A DNA stretch of 64,000 nucleotides from Candidatus Limnocylindrales bacterium. GTDB taxonomy: Bacteria > Chloroflexota > Limnocylindria > Limnocylindrales > CSP1-4. Every line of letters begins with the position of its first letter. Positions within the stretch are counted from its first letter, which is position 1. Below are positions 1 through 8,109 of the stretch, piece after piece. The position numbers and the translations under genes were made by a program. The DNA lies in assembly GCA_051306295.1 (NCBI GenBank), contig JBPPMZ010000069.1, forward strand, positions 17,998 through 81,997, written 5' to 3'. Under the pieces are notes generated by a model that worked only from the letters and a program-made list of their open reading frames with translations, ran no database searches and had not been told where the DNA came from.

Positions 1-1170
1 CGACGCGACCAGCGCGTCGATGTCCGAGGTGTCGTTGTAGCGCTGGGCGGACACGCGCAGCAGGACCGCGCCGGGTGGGCCGTCGGGATCCGCGCGGCCG
101 GCCCGGACGGGCCAGGGGACGACAGGCACTTCGATCCGGTCAGCTTCCAGGTGGCACTTGAGAGCCAGCCCATCGGCATCGCTCGCGAGCCCGGGCACGA
201 CCACGGACGTCATCGATCCGACCATCGACGCGGGCGTCGTCGCCGCGCCGCCCAGCGCCGTCGACAGTCGCCGTCCGGCTTCGAGCGCAAGGGCCCGGTT
301 CGCGGCCATGACCGCCGGCCAGCCTCCGGGGTCCAGCCCGGCCATGAATTCGATCGCCGCGGGCAGGGCGAGCGCAGCGGTCGGGTCGGCCGTGCCCATC
401 CAGTCGAACTCCAGGCGGAAGCGCGAGCGGTCGGTCCGCGGGTCGTTGGCGCCGTGGGAGGTAACCGGTGGATGGATGGCGGCACGACGGTCTGCGCGGA
501 CCCACAGGAAGGCGGATCCCTTGGGCCCGCACAACCACTTGTGCCCGTTGCCCGTGTAGTACGCGGCGCCCAGCGGATCCAGGTCCAGCGGCAACATCCC
601 GGGCGCGTGCGCGCCGTCCACGAGCGCGTCGATGCCACGCGTCTCGAACGCCGCGACCAGGCGCTCGATCGGGAGCACGAGGGCGGTCGGGCTCGTGACG
701 TGGCTGACCATCAGGAGGCGCGTCCGGTCCGTCGCGTGGGCCAGCAGCGTCTCGATGACCTCGTCCTCGCCGAGGGGCGGGAAGGGGAGCGGCGCGACGA
801 CGACCGTGGCCCCGTCCCGCTCCGCGACGGCTCGGAGGGCGTTGATCGTCGCGTTGTACTCGTGGTCGTCGGTCAGCAGCTCGTCACCCGGGGCGAACGG
901 CAACGATCGGAGCACGGCGTTCACCCCGGTCGTGGCGTTGGGCACGAACGCCAGCCCCGCCGGGTCCGCCCCGATGAAGGCCGCCACGCGCTCGCGGGCG
1001 TCGTCGAGCGCGCCGGGCAGGACGTCGTCCATGAAGTGCACGGGCTGACGCTCCAGGCGATCTCGCCACTCGCGCTGGGCCGCGAGCACCGGTTCTGGGC
1101 ACGCCCCGAACGAGCCGTGGTTCAGGAAGGTCCAGCCCGGGTCAAGGTTCCAGCCGAGGTCGGTCCGCAT
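1..1170 (-). CDS. Class V (fold type I) PLP-dependent aminotransferase, isopenicillin N epimerase/cysteine desulfurase-like. 3' end lies outside the window.
   Basis: Manual reverse-strand translation from ATG at 1170 gives MRTDLGWNLDPGWTFLNHGSFGACPE ... YYTGNGHKWLCGPKGSAFLW (PLP-lysine HK motif) ... open to position 1. Not in ORF track because no stop in window. The 638-aa plus-strand ORF over this region is antisense artefact. Confidence 0.8.
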   Translation of the reverse strand, partial: MRTDLGWNLDPGWTFLNHGSFGACPEPVLAAQREWRDRLERQPVHFMDDVLPGALDDARERVAAFIGADPAGLAFVPNATTGVNAVLRSLPFAPGDELLTDDHEYNATINALRAVAERDGATVVVAPLPFPPLGEDEVIETLLAHATDRTRLLMVSHVTSPTALVLPIERLVAAFETRGIDALVDGAHAPGMLPLDLDPLGAAYYTGNGHKWLCGPKGSAFLWVRADRRAAIHPPVTSHGANDPRTDRSRFRLEFDWMGTADPTAALALPAAIEFMAGLDPGGWPAVMAANRALALEAGRRLSTALGGAATTPASMVGSMTSVVVPGLASDADGLALKCHLEADRIEVPVVPWPVRAGRADPDGPPGAVLLRVSAQRYNDTSDIDALVAS

Positions 1171-1176
1171 CGTCAG

Positions 1177-1938
1177 TCAGCGGGTGTCGAGGCGGTCGCC
1201 GTCGCGCAGGACGGTGGCGCCATCCGGGTCCAGGTCAGCGGTGCCGGCCACCGCGCGCAGCCACCGGACCTCACCCTCCCCGACGACCCGCCACGTCCCG
1301 TCGCCGGGGCCGATGACGCCGGTCCGCTCGCCGAGGCCCAGCAGCCCGACGGGCGATGTCGTCGATGCCCCGCGCCCGCCGAACCGCCGCAGGTTGTTCG
1401 CCCACGAGCCCGCGTCGGCATGTGGCACGACAAGGAGGCCCGCCACCGCGCCGAGACCAGGGACGATGCCGGCCGGCGTCCAGGTCAGCTCGGCCAGCCC
1501 CATCGCCCCGGCGCTCGCACCCGCGACGACCGCGCCGTCGGCCAGGGCGCCGGCCACGGCTGCCCAGGCCGCACTTCCTGCCAGCGTCCCCGGGATGAGA
1601 TCCGGGTCGCCGCCCGGCAGGTAGATGAGGTCGGCGGCCGCCAGGCGGGCCGCCAGGGTGGGATCGACGGCGGACTCCGCATCCAGGACCGGCACCACCG
1701 AGGCGACCAGCTCGACCCCGAGCGACGCCGCTACCGGCTCCAGCGCCGAGACCCCCCGCGCGCCCGCCAGATCCGGCCGTCCGCGCGCAGCAGCGGTCGG
1801 GACCACGACGGCCTGGATCGGTCGCCCATCGGCCCGCCGCTCGACCCGCCCCCGCGCGGCCTCGACGAGCGCGGCCAGGAAGCGCTCGTCGCCGGGCTCG
1901 AACTCGCCGCCCCCGTGCAGGGCCAGGGTGCCCATCAA
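1177..1938 (-). CDS. Peptidase S51 family (cyanophycinase / dipeptidase E-like)
   Basis: 253 aa; LHGGGEF ... IYLPGGDP ... GASAGAM motifs typical of S51 serine peptidases. Stop 7 nt before the aminotransferase start, so likely one operon. Confidence 0.75.
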   Translation of the reverse strand: MMGTLALHGGGEFEPGDERFLAALVEAARGRVERRADGRPIQAVVVPTAAARGRPDLAGARGVSALEPVAASLGVELVASVVPVLDAESAVDPTLAARLAAADLIYLPGGDPDLIPGTLAGSAAWAAVAGALADGAVVAGASAGAMGLAELTWTPAGIVPGLGAVAGLLVVPHADAGSWANNLRRFGGRGASTTSPVGLLGLGERTGVIGPGDGTWRVVGEGEVRWLRAVAGTADLDPDGATVLRDGDRLDTR

Positions 1939-2264
1939 GATCCGCTGCCGGCGTCCGGCGGGGTCACGTCCTTCATCGGTGGTCGGTCGATCGGCGGCGT
2001 GCCGGGCGGCCGTCGTCGGAAGATCCGGCGCACCTGGTCCGGCCCGGCGACGAACGGTGCGAGGTAGACGACCAGCAGGAACGGCACGAGGATCCGGCCG
2101 CCCGCCGGGCGGATGGCGAAGGCCATGGCCAGAAGCCAGAGACCCAGCGCGTACATGCCGATGGTCCGAGCTGCGAACCCGCTGAGTTGCAGTCGTCGCG
2201 CCGGGATCAGGACGAGCAGGCCGACGACGAGGGCGAGCGCCAGCAGCCAGGGCGGCGCCAGCAC
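1935..2264 (-). CDS. Small membrane protein (3 predicted TM helices), hypothetical
   Basis: 109 aa hydrophobic ORF, GTG start at 2264, TCAT overlap with S51 gene start. Confidence 0.5.
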   Translation of the reverse strand: MLAPPWLLALALVVGLLVLIPARRLQLSGFAARTIGMYALGLWLLAMAFAIRPAGGRILVPFLLVVYLAPFVAGPDQVRRIFRRRPPGTPPIDRPPMKDVTPPDAGSGS

Positions 2265-2268
2265 GACG

Positions 2269-2715
2269 TCAGCGGCTCATGTTCCGGTAGCGCCGGATGC
2301 CCAGCGTCCCGAAGAAGAGCGTGATGACGACGATCCAACCAAGGGTCACGAGGATGGGATGCTGAGACGGAAAGCTGTCGGTCACGAAGGGGTTGGGGTT
2401 GCCCCATAGCTGGCGAAGCGACTGGGTCAGCGTGCTCGTCGGGTTCCACTCAGCAACGGGTCGGAGGAAGTCGGGCAGGCCCTGCGGTGGGACGAACACG
2501 CTCGAGATGAACGTGATCGGAAAGAGCGTCGTGAACACGACCTGGTTGGCGACCTCGACGGTGCGGACGGTCGTCGTCTTGCCGGCGCCGTTGGGACCGA
2601 GCAGGCCCAGGACCGTGCCTTCCTCGACCGTCAGGTCGACGCCATCGAGCGCGCGGACCTCGCTCTTGCGGCTCTTGTAGATCTTGACCAGGCCCTCGGC
2701 CACGATCGCAGACAT
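2269..2715 (-). pseudogene. Chimeric in-frame remnant: ABC ATPase N-terminus (through Walker A) fused to ABC-2 permease C-terminus
   Basis: From Met at 2715: [52 protein letters not shown] (ATPase residues 1 to ~55) continues directly into [23 protein letters not shown]...RRYRN (ABC-2 permease C-terminal signature). Compare the intact pair at 5863-7562. Confidence 0.6.
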
Positions 2716-2865
2716 GGGCACGCACTCCAATGGCTCGGGGGAAGCGGAGTATACGACGCCGTTGTTTCCGGCTGAGGCCTGGCGTCCTGTGCCGCGGTCC
2801 GAGCGGATCGCACGCCTCCGAGGGGCAGTACGCTGGCGCACCCTGCCGTTCGGATCGATGCCTCG

Positions 2866-4209
2866 ATGACCGCTGTCCCGCCCTCCTCGCGACGTTCGCG
2901 ACCGGCCGCCTGGCTGGATCGCTGGGGTGGCATCCTGCCGCTCCTGGTCGCCGAGTTCGTCGTGTGGCTGGGGTTCGGCGGCCTGCTGCCGGTCCTGCCC
3001 CTGTACTTCACCGAGCAGGGCATCGACCTCGCGACGCTCGGCGTCGTCATCGCGGCCTGGCCGGCTGCCCGACTCGTCAGCGAACCGATCTTCGGCTGGT
3101 TGGCGGATCGCACGGCGCGCGTGCCGCTGATGGTCGTGGGGCTGGTGGTGACCGGCCTTGCCGGCGCCCTCCCGCTCGTCTTCATCGGCCCGACGGCGTT
3201 CATCCTGCTGCGAGCGATCTCCGGGCTGGGTGCCGCCATCTACGATCCGGCGGCCCGCGGCTTCCTGACCGATGCCACGCCCCCGGAGCGCCGCGGCGAA
3301 GCGTTCGGCCTGTACGGCGCGGCGCAGATGGGCGGGCTGCTGCTCGGCCCCACGATCGGGGCGTTCGGGGCCGGGCAGTTCGGTGGCATCGGCTTCGTCT
3401 TCGTGTTCAGTGCGGTCACCTCGGTCATCGCGGCGGCGGGCATCGCGCTCCGGGTGCGCGAGGAGGTCGTCGAACGGCGCGCCCACCGGACGCCGTCGCC
3501 TGACCGTACGGAGTTCCCACCCGATGCCCCGTTCCTCGAGGAGCGCTGGGCGCGCGATCTGGCCGCGGATACTGCTCGGACCGCGGGCGTCGGTCAGGCC
3601 GGGACCGCGGCGGCGCCGATGCGGTTGCTCAATCGGGGCCTCGTCGCGGCTCTCGTGCTGAACATGGGCGGCTACTTCGGGAGTGGCACGTACGAGGTCA
3701 TCTGGAGCCTGTTCCTGGAGCGCCTCGGGGCGGATCTCGCGCTCATCGGTCTGACCTTCGCGATGTTCGGGTTGCCGGTGCTGCTCTTCTCACCCTTCGC
3801 CGGGCGGATCGTCGATCGGCGCGGGCCGTTCGCCTTCGTGGTGCTGGGGACCGTGCTGCCGGCGATCACCGGGATCGTCTACACCTTCCTCGTGGATCCC
3901 GTGCTGGCGGTGCCGCTGATCCTGGTGGAGGCGACCGGGTTCGCCCTGCTCAACCCGGCCCTCTACGCGATCGTCGCCGCGAACTCACCGCCGGGTCGAT
4001 CGTCCACGGCGCAGGGCATCTACGGTGCGGCCGGGACGCTCGGGTTCATCGCCGCGTCGCTGGTGTCGGGCGTGCTGGCCGCCCAGGACATCCGCTACCC
4101 GTTCTACCTGTTCAGTGCCGTGATGATCACGAGTCTGGTCATCGGCATCGCCATCGGTGGCGATCGGTTGCGCATCCGGCCACGCTCGCTGGCAGCAAGC
4201 GATCCTTGA
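2866..4209 (+). CDS. MFS transporter
   Basis: 447 aa, 12-TM pattern, ATG 2866. Long central loop. Confidence 0.85.
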   Translation: MTAVPPSSRRSRPAAWLDRWGGILPLLVAEFVVWLGFGGLLPVLPLYFTEQGIDLATLGVVIAAWPAARLVSEPIFGWLADRTARVPLMVVGLVVTGLAGALPLVFIGPTAFILLRAISGLGAAIYDPAARGFLTDATPPERRGEAFGLYGAAQMGGLLLGPTIGAFGAGQFGGIGFVFVFSAVTSVIAAAGIALRVREEVVERRAHRTPSPDRTEFPPDAPFLEERWARDLAADTARTAGVGQAGTAAAPMRLLNRGLVAALVLNMGGYFGSGTYEVIWSLFLERLGADLALIGLTFAMFGLPVLLFSPFAGRIVDRRGPFAFVVLGTVLPAITGIVYTFLVDPVLAVPLILVEATGFALLNPALYAIVAANSPPGRSSTAQGIYGAAGTLGFIAASLVSGVLAAQDIRYPFYLFSAVMITSLVIGIAIGGDRLRIRPRSLAASDP

Positions 4210-4335
4210 TGGATGAGCACGAGCCAAATGCTTCGCGGTCCCTCATATGCGTCTTGGGCGATTTACCGCGAGACGTTCGTCCGAATCTGGCTGCTGACAG
4301 AGAGCAGCGGACACCGGCACGGCCGGAGGCCGCAT

Positions 4336-4364
4336 TTGACCGATGCGGCCTCCGTCCCTATCAT
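4336..4364 (+). promoter_or_regulatory. Sigma-70-like promoter for the tRNA: -35 TTGACC (4336-4341), 17-bp spacer, -10 TATCAT (4359-4364). The -35 is embedded in a 10-bp inverted repeat GGAGGCCGCA/TGCGGCCTCC (4325-4334 / 4344-4353).
   Basis: Hexamers and spacing read directly. Predicted TSS coincides with tRNA +1 at about 4370. Confidence 0.45.
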
Positions 4365-4369
4365 TCGCC

Positions 4370-4444
4370 GGCGGGGTGGAGCAGCGGCAGCTCGTCGGGC
4401 TCATAACCCGAAGGTCACTGGTTCGAATCCAGTCCCCGCAACCA
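4370..4444 (+). tRNA. tRNA-Met, initiator type (anticodon CAT). CCA is encoded.
   Basis: Cloverleaf: acceptor GGCGGGG/CCCCGCA with unpaired 1:72 (G.A), D stem GAGC/GCUC, anticodon stem UCGGG/CCCGA carrying three consecutive G:C pairs, loop CUCAUAA, T arm ACUGG-UUCGAAU-CCAGU, discriminator A, CCA. Near-identical to E. coli tRNA-fMet body. Confidence 0.85.
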
Positions 4445-4457
4445 ACGCCTTTCCCTG

Positions 4458-4492
4458 AACCCCGGGTCCCGACCAACCCGGGGTTCTTTCCT
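4458..4492 (+). terminator. Rho-independent terminator: GAACCCCGGG-(10 nt loop)-CCCGGGGTTC followed by TTTCC
   Basis: Perfect 10-bp inverted repeat immediately after the tRNA 3' end, followed by a T-run. Confidence 0.6.
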
Positions 4493-4500
4493 GTCCGGCG

Positions 4501-4860
4501 TCACTCGCCGCGGCGTTGCCAGTCGGGCAGGTTCGCGGCGTTCCAGTCGAGGCGCTCGGAGTCCCCGGAGGCCGGGTCGATCGAGTAGACCTCCTGCGTG
4601 TTCTCCGTGCGCATCAGGACTCGATCGCCGGCGGGCGACCAGGTCATGATCAGGCCCGTTTCCTCGACGAAGGTCGGTGGCCCGCCGTCGAGGGGCGCGA
4701 TCTCCAGCCGCCGATCGGGCACGTTCTGAGCGACCTCTAGAATGGATTTCCCATCGGGCGACCAGCTCCATCCGAAGCAGCCATCGACGTTGATGATCCC
4801 GACCTCCGCGAAGGATGAGGCGAACGGCCCGGTCCAGCCGCACGACGGCCGCTCGGGCAA
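4501..4860 (-). pseudogene. Fragment of a beta-propeller (TolB/WD40-like, WSPDG repeat) protein. Probably an N-terminally truncated remnant.
   Basis: 119 aa with WSWSPDGKSIL, IAPLDGGPPTFV, WSPAGDRV blade-like repeats. Too short for a full propeller. Abuts the tRNA. Confidence 0.4.
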
Positions 4861-4971
4861 GCTCGGCGGTCGTGATTCCCTGCCTCGCCAGGGTATGGCG
4901 TCCGTGTCAGGGGAACGGCTCTTGGGGGCTGGCCCGGCCGGGCAAGGGCCCGCGGGGCGAGGTCACCCGCG

Positions 4972-5109
4972 ATGACCAGGTCAGCCCGGGTGACCATTTC
5001 GCGACAGACGAGCGTGGCCGTGGCCCCAGGATGCAGGATTCCGCAGGCTGGGGCCACGGCCCGTGCTCATTCGTTCAAGACTGGTCAGCGGGGGTGACCT
5101 GGTCAGCCA
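4972..5109. repeat. Repeat A: 138-bp element with terminal inverted TGACCaGGTCA / TGACCtGGTCA motifs and a central 14-bp perfect hairpin (GGCCGTGGCCCCAG ... CTGGGGCCACGGCC)
   Basis: About 90% identical to copy B at 5677-5814. Direct orientation. Confidence 0.7.
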
Positions 5110-5125
5110 GCCTGACCTGGGGCGA

Positions 5126-5500
5126 TCAGCCAGCCGGCGACGCGGGCAGCGCATCCAGGAAGCGAACGGTGTCGAGCGAGGCCCGGTCGACCTGGAAGTC
5201 CCTGCCAGCAAAGGTCAGGGCCTCGAAGGTCAAGGTCACGCCATCGGCCTCGGTCACGACCAGGATGTTGCGACCGCCGATCGAGTCGTTCCAGAACCCG
5301 CCCCCGGCCGCCTGGGGGACCCAGGTGAGGATGCCGGTTCGGTCATTGGAGTCGCCATCCAGTGTCCAGCACGGGGCCGTCAGGTTCTCGCCGAAGTGCA
5401 GCTCGACCTCGACGGCCCGATGCCCGTCCATCGTGAACTCCTCCTGGCGGACGACGGTGAACCGTGCGTCTCCGTTCAGGTACGCCAGGAACGCGTCCAT
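5126..5500 (-). CDS. Hypothetical protein, likely 5'-truncated (protein-like coding continues upstream of the Met to an in-frame stop near 5611)
   Basis: 124-aa ORF. Upstream in-frame translation ...IDAGDYTFKVWKDLDGFADPCDLEKGRLLIDPG-M looks like genuine protein but has no start codon before a TGA. Confidence 0.4.
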   Translation of the reverse strand: MDAFLAYLNGDARFTVVRQEEFTMDGHRAVEVELHFGENLTAPCWTLDGDSNDRTGILTWVPQAAGGGFWNDSIGGRNILVVTEADGVTLTFEALTFAGRDFQVDRASLDTVRFLDALPASPAG

Positions 5501-5676
5501 GCCGGGATCGATCAGGAGGCGGCCCTTCTCAAGGTCACAGGGATCCGCGAACCCGTCGAGGTCCTTCCAGACCTTGAAGGTGTAGTCGCCGGCATCGATG
5601 ACGATGTGTCGCCGTCAGGCCGATCGTTCCCAAGCAGGGTCGCGGGCTCGAGGCGCGGCTGGCGGGGTCAGCCACC

Positions 5677-5814
5677 ATGACCAGGTCAGCCCGGGTGACC
5701 GATTCGCGACAGATGAGCGTGGCCGTGGCCCCAGGATGCAGGAATCCGCCATCTGGGGACAGGGCGCGTGCTCATTCATTCGAAACAGGTCATCGGGGTT
5801 GACCTGGTTATCCC
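5677..5814. repeat. Repeat B: second copy of the 138-bp TGACC/GGTCA-rich element (central hairpin partly degraded)
   Basis: Aligns with 4972-5109 base for base over the first ~85 nt with few mismatches. Confidence 0.7.
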
Positions 5815-5862
5815 CGGTGACCTCGGGTCGACCCCTCGGGGCGGACCGTTCGGCTCGGACGT

Positions 5863-6618
5863 TCAGTCGAAGCGGAAGGTCCGGATCGCGAGGGTGACGG
5901 AGCCGGCCGCCCACAGCGCCAGGGTCAGGATCGCCCGGGTTTCGACGGCGCTCCCCGCGAGCCCGTCGCCGAGGAGATCGACCAGCGCCGCAGGAGGGAG
6001 GAGCGCCACCACAGGCGCCACCGGCCCAGGCAGGTCCGCGACCGGGATGAGCACGCCACCGATGCCGAGCACCAGCAGGAACAGGACGTTGGCCAGGAGC
6101 AGGGTCGCCTCGGCGCGGAGCGCGCCGGCCAGACCGAGGCCCAGTCCGGCGAAGGTCGCGGTCCCGAGCGCGATCGCGCCGATGAGGAGCGGCCACGATG
6201 GGCCGGCCGCCGGCGGTCGCCAGCCCAGGAACCCTGCTGCAAGCGCCGTCAGCAAAACGAGCAGCCCGAGCTCGATGACGAGCACGGCCAGGATCTTGGC
6301 GCCGACCAGGCCGGTCCGCCCAAGTGGCGACCCGCCGAGCCGCTTGAGGACGCCGTAGCTGCGCTCGTAGGCCGTGGCGATCCCAAGGTTGACGAGGCTG
6401 GTCGCGATGATGGCCAGGGCGAGGACGCCAGGCAGCAGGGCATCGATCCGCGAGCCGGTGGCCTGGGGGCCCGGGACGGCGCCAGACCCGAACACCAGGA
6501 GGACCGCAGCCGGGATGCCGAGCATGGCCAGCAGGTTCTCGCCGCGGCGCGCGGTGAGCCGCAGCTCTACGGCGGTCTGGGCCAGGGTGGCGCGGAGGAG
6601 GGGCGCCGGCCGGCTCAC
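5863..6618 (-). CDS. ABC-2 type transporter permease
   Basis: 6 TM segments, GTG start at 6618 overlapping ATPase stop (GTGA). Confidence 0.8.
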   Translation of the reverse strand: MSRPAPLLRATLAQTAVELRLTARRGENLLAMLGIPAAVLLVFGSGAVPGPQATGSRIDALLPGVLALAIIATSLVNLGIATAYERSYGVLKRLGGSPLGRTGLVGAKILAVLVIELGLLVLLTALAAGFLGWRPPAAGPSWPLLIGAIALGTATFAGLGLGLAGALRAEATLLLANVLFLLVLGIGGVLIPVADLPGPVAPVVALLPPAALVDLLGDGLAGSAVETRAILTLALWAAGSVTLAIRTFRFD

Positions 6619-7562
6619 GACGACCCCTCCGCCCCGACGAGTTCCAGGTACGCCTCCTCGAGCGAGCCTCCCACGGTCCGGGACTCCAGCACGAGGCGAC
6701 CCGCCTCGGCGCACCAGGCCGCGACCGCCGCGACGAGCGCGGGCGTGGGGGTCGGTGCGAGGTCGGGGCCCGTCACTTCGTAGCGGGCCGGCTCCAACTC
6801 AAGGACCGCGCCGCCGCCTGCCGCGGCGCCGAGCGCCAGCAGTTCGGCTGCATCCAGCGGCCGGTCCAGCCGGATGCGCAACCGCGGACGCAGGCCGGCC
6901 GTGAGCTCCGCGACCGTGCCCGCGCCGACGATCCGACCGCCCGACAGGATCGCGATCCGATCCGCCAGCCGCTCGACGTCGACCAGGTCGTGGCTGGTCA
7001 GGAGCACGGCGACCCCGTCCGCACGCAGGCCATGGACGATGTCGCGGGTCGCCGCGCGGGCCTCGGGGTCCATGCCCGCGGTCGGCTCGTCCAGGATCGC
7101 GACCTCCGGCCGCCCGACGAGCGCGACGGCCAGGGCAAGTCGTTGCCGTTCCCCGCCAGACAGCCGCCGGTACGGCGTGGAGGCCACTGCCCGCAAGCCG
7201 ACCAGGTCCAGCAACTCCCCGGGGTCACGCGGCTCGGCGTGGAAGGCCGCGTACTGGCGGAGCGTCTCGAGCGGCCGAGCCCGGATGTCGAAGCCGCCGT
7301 CCTGGAGCATCAGGCCGACCCGGGCCCGCAACGGGCGTCCGCCGCGGACCGGATCCATGCCCAGCACCCTGACCGTGCCCGCGTCGCCGGCCCGGTAGCC
7401 CTCGATGATCTCGACCGTCGTCGTCTTGCCCGCGCCGTTGGGTCCGAGCAGCGCCACGATCTCGCCAGCCCGCACGGTGAGGTCGATGCCGTCGAGGATG
7501 GTTCGCTCGCCGTAGCGCTTGACGACCCGGGCGACCTCGATGGCCGCCTCCGTCTCCGTCAC
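6615..7562 (-). CDS. ABC transporter ATP-binding protein (ABC-2 / DrrA-like)
   Basis: Walker [10 protein letters not shown], signature LSGGERQRL, Walker B ILDEPT, H-loop. GTG start at 7562 (VTETEAAIEV...). Confidence 0.85.
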   Translation of the reverse strand: MTETEAAIEVARVVKRYGERTILDGIDLTVRAGEIVALLGPNGAGKTTTVEIIEGYRAGDAGTVRVLGMDPVRGGRPLRARVGLMLQDGGFDIRARPLETLRQYAAFHAEPRDPGELLDLVGLRAVASTPYRRLSGGERQRLALAVALVGRPEVAILDEPTAGMDPEARAATRDIVHGLRADGVAVLLTSHDLVDVERLADRIAILSGGRIVGAGTVAELTAGLRPRLRIRLDRPLDAAELLALGAAAGGGAVLELEPARYEVTGPDLAPTPTPALVAAVAAWCAEAGRLVLESRTVGGSLEEAYLELVGAEGSS

Positions 7563-7569
7563 CGGCGCT

Positions 7570-8037
7570 TCACGGGGCGATCTTCGCGTACTGCCGCTCG
7601 AAATCGGCGTCGCGCAGTTCGCCGATCTGGATCGAGCGGATGACGCCCTCGCCATCGACGAAGTAGGTCTGTGGGCGTCCGGCCACCCGATACGTGGTCT
7701 TGTGCGCCTTGTCCGGATCCTCCACCGTGGGCCACGTCGCGCCGAAGTCGGCGACGAACAGGCGCGCCGGTTCCGGCGGGTCGTCGGTCAGGACGCCGAC
7801 GATCGCGAACTCGTCATCGGCATGCTCGGCGAGCTTGGCCAGGAACAGGGGGAACTCGTCGCGGCAGGGCACACACGACGGCCCCCAGAAGTTGATCAGC
7901 ACCGGCCGTCCGCGGTACGACGCAAGATCGAACGCCGCTCCATCCAGGGTGGTCCCCACGAGGGCCGGCGCCGCGCTGTCCACGGCGGCTCGCCGCGCCC
8001 CACCGTCCCGCGGACCCACGAACAGGTACACGCCCAC
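7570..8037 (-). CDS. TlpA/ResA-like thiol:disulfide oxidoreductase (thioredoxin fold, CVPC). The annotated GTG start lies inside a predicted TM anchor.
   Basis: WGPSCVPC motif. In-frame upstream sequence RRPTTPRRPILIALAIAVATTV (signal anchor) lies between a TAG at 8110-8112 and the first GTG at 8035-8037 with no ATG/GTG/TTG. Confidence 0.7.
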   Translation of the reverse strand: MGVYLFVGPRDGGARRAAVDSAAPALVGTTLDGAAFDLASYRGRPVLINFWGPSCVPCRDEFPLFLAKLAEHADDEFAIVGVLTDDPPEPARLFVADFGATWPTVEDPDKAHKTTYRVAGRPQTYFVDGEGVIRSIQIGELRDADFERQYAKIAP

Positions 8038-8109
8038 GGTCGTGGCGACCGCGATGGCCAGGGCGATGAGGATCGGACGTCGTGGCGTGGTCGGCCTCCG
8101 GCCAGGGTC

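Noticed and set aside
151-2067. 638-aa plus-strand ORF
   Set aside because: Arg/Gly/Pro-rich, antisense to two well-supported minus-strand genes (class V aminotransferase, S51 peptidase). Typical high-GC shadow ORF.
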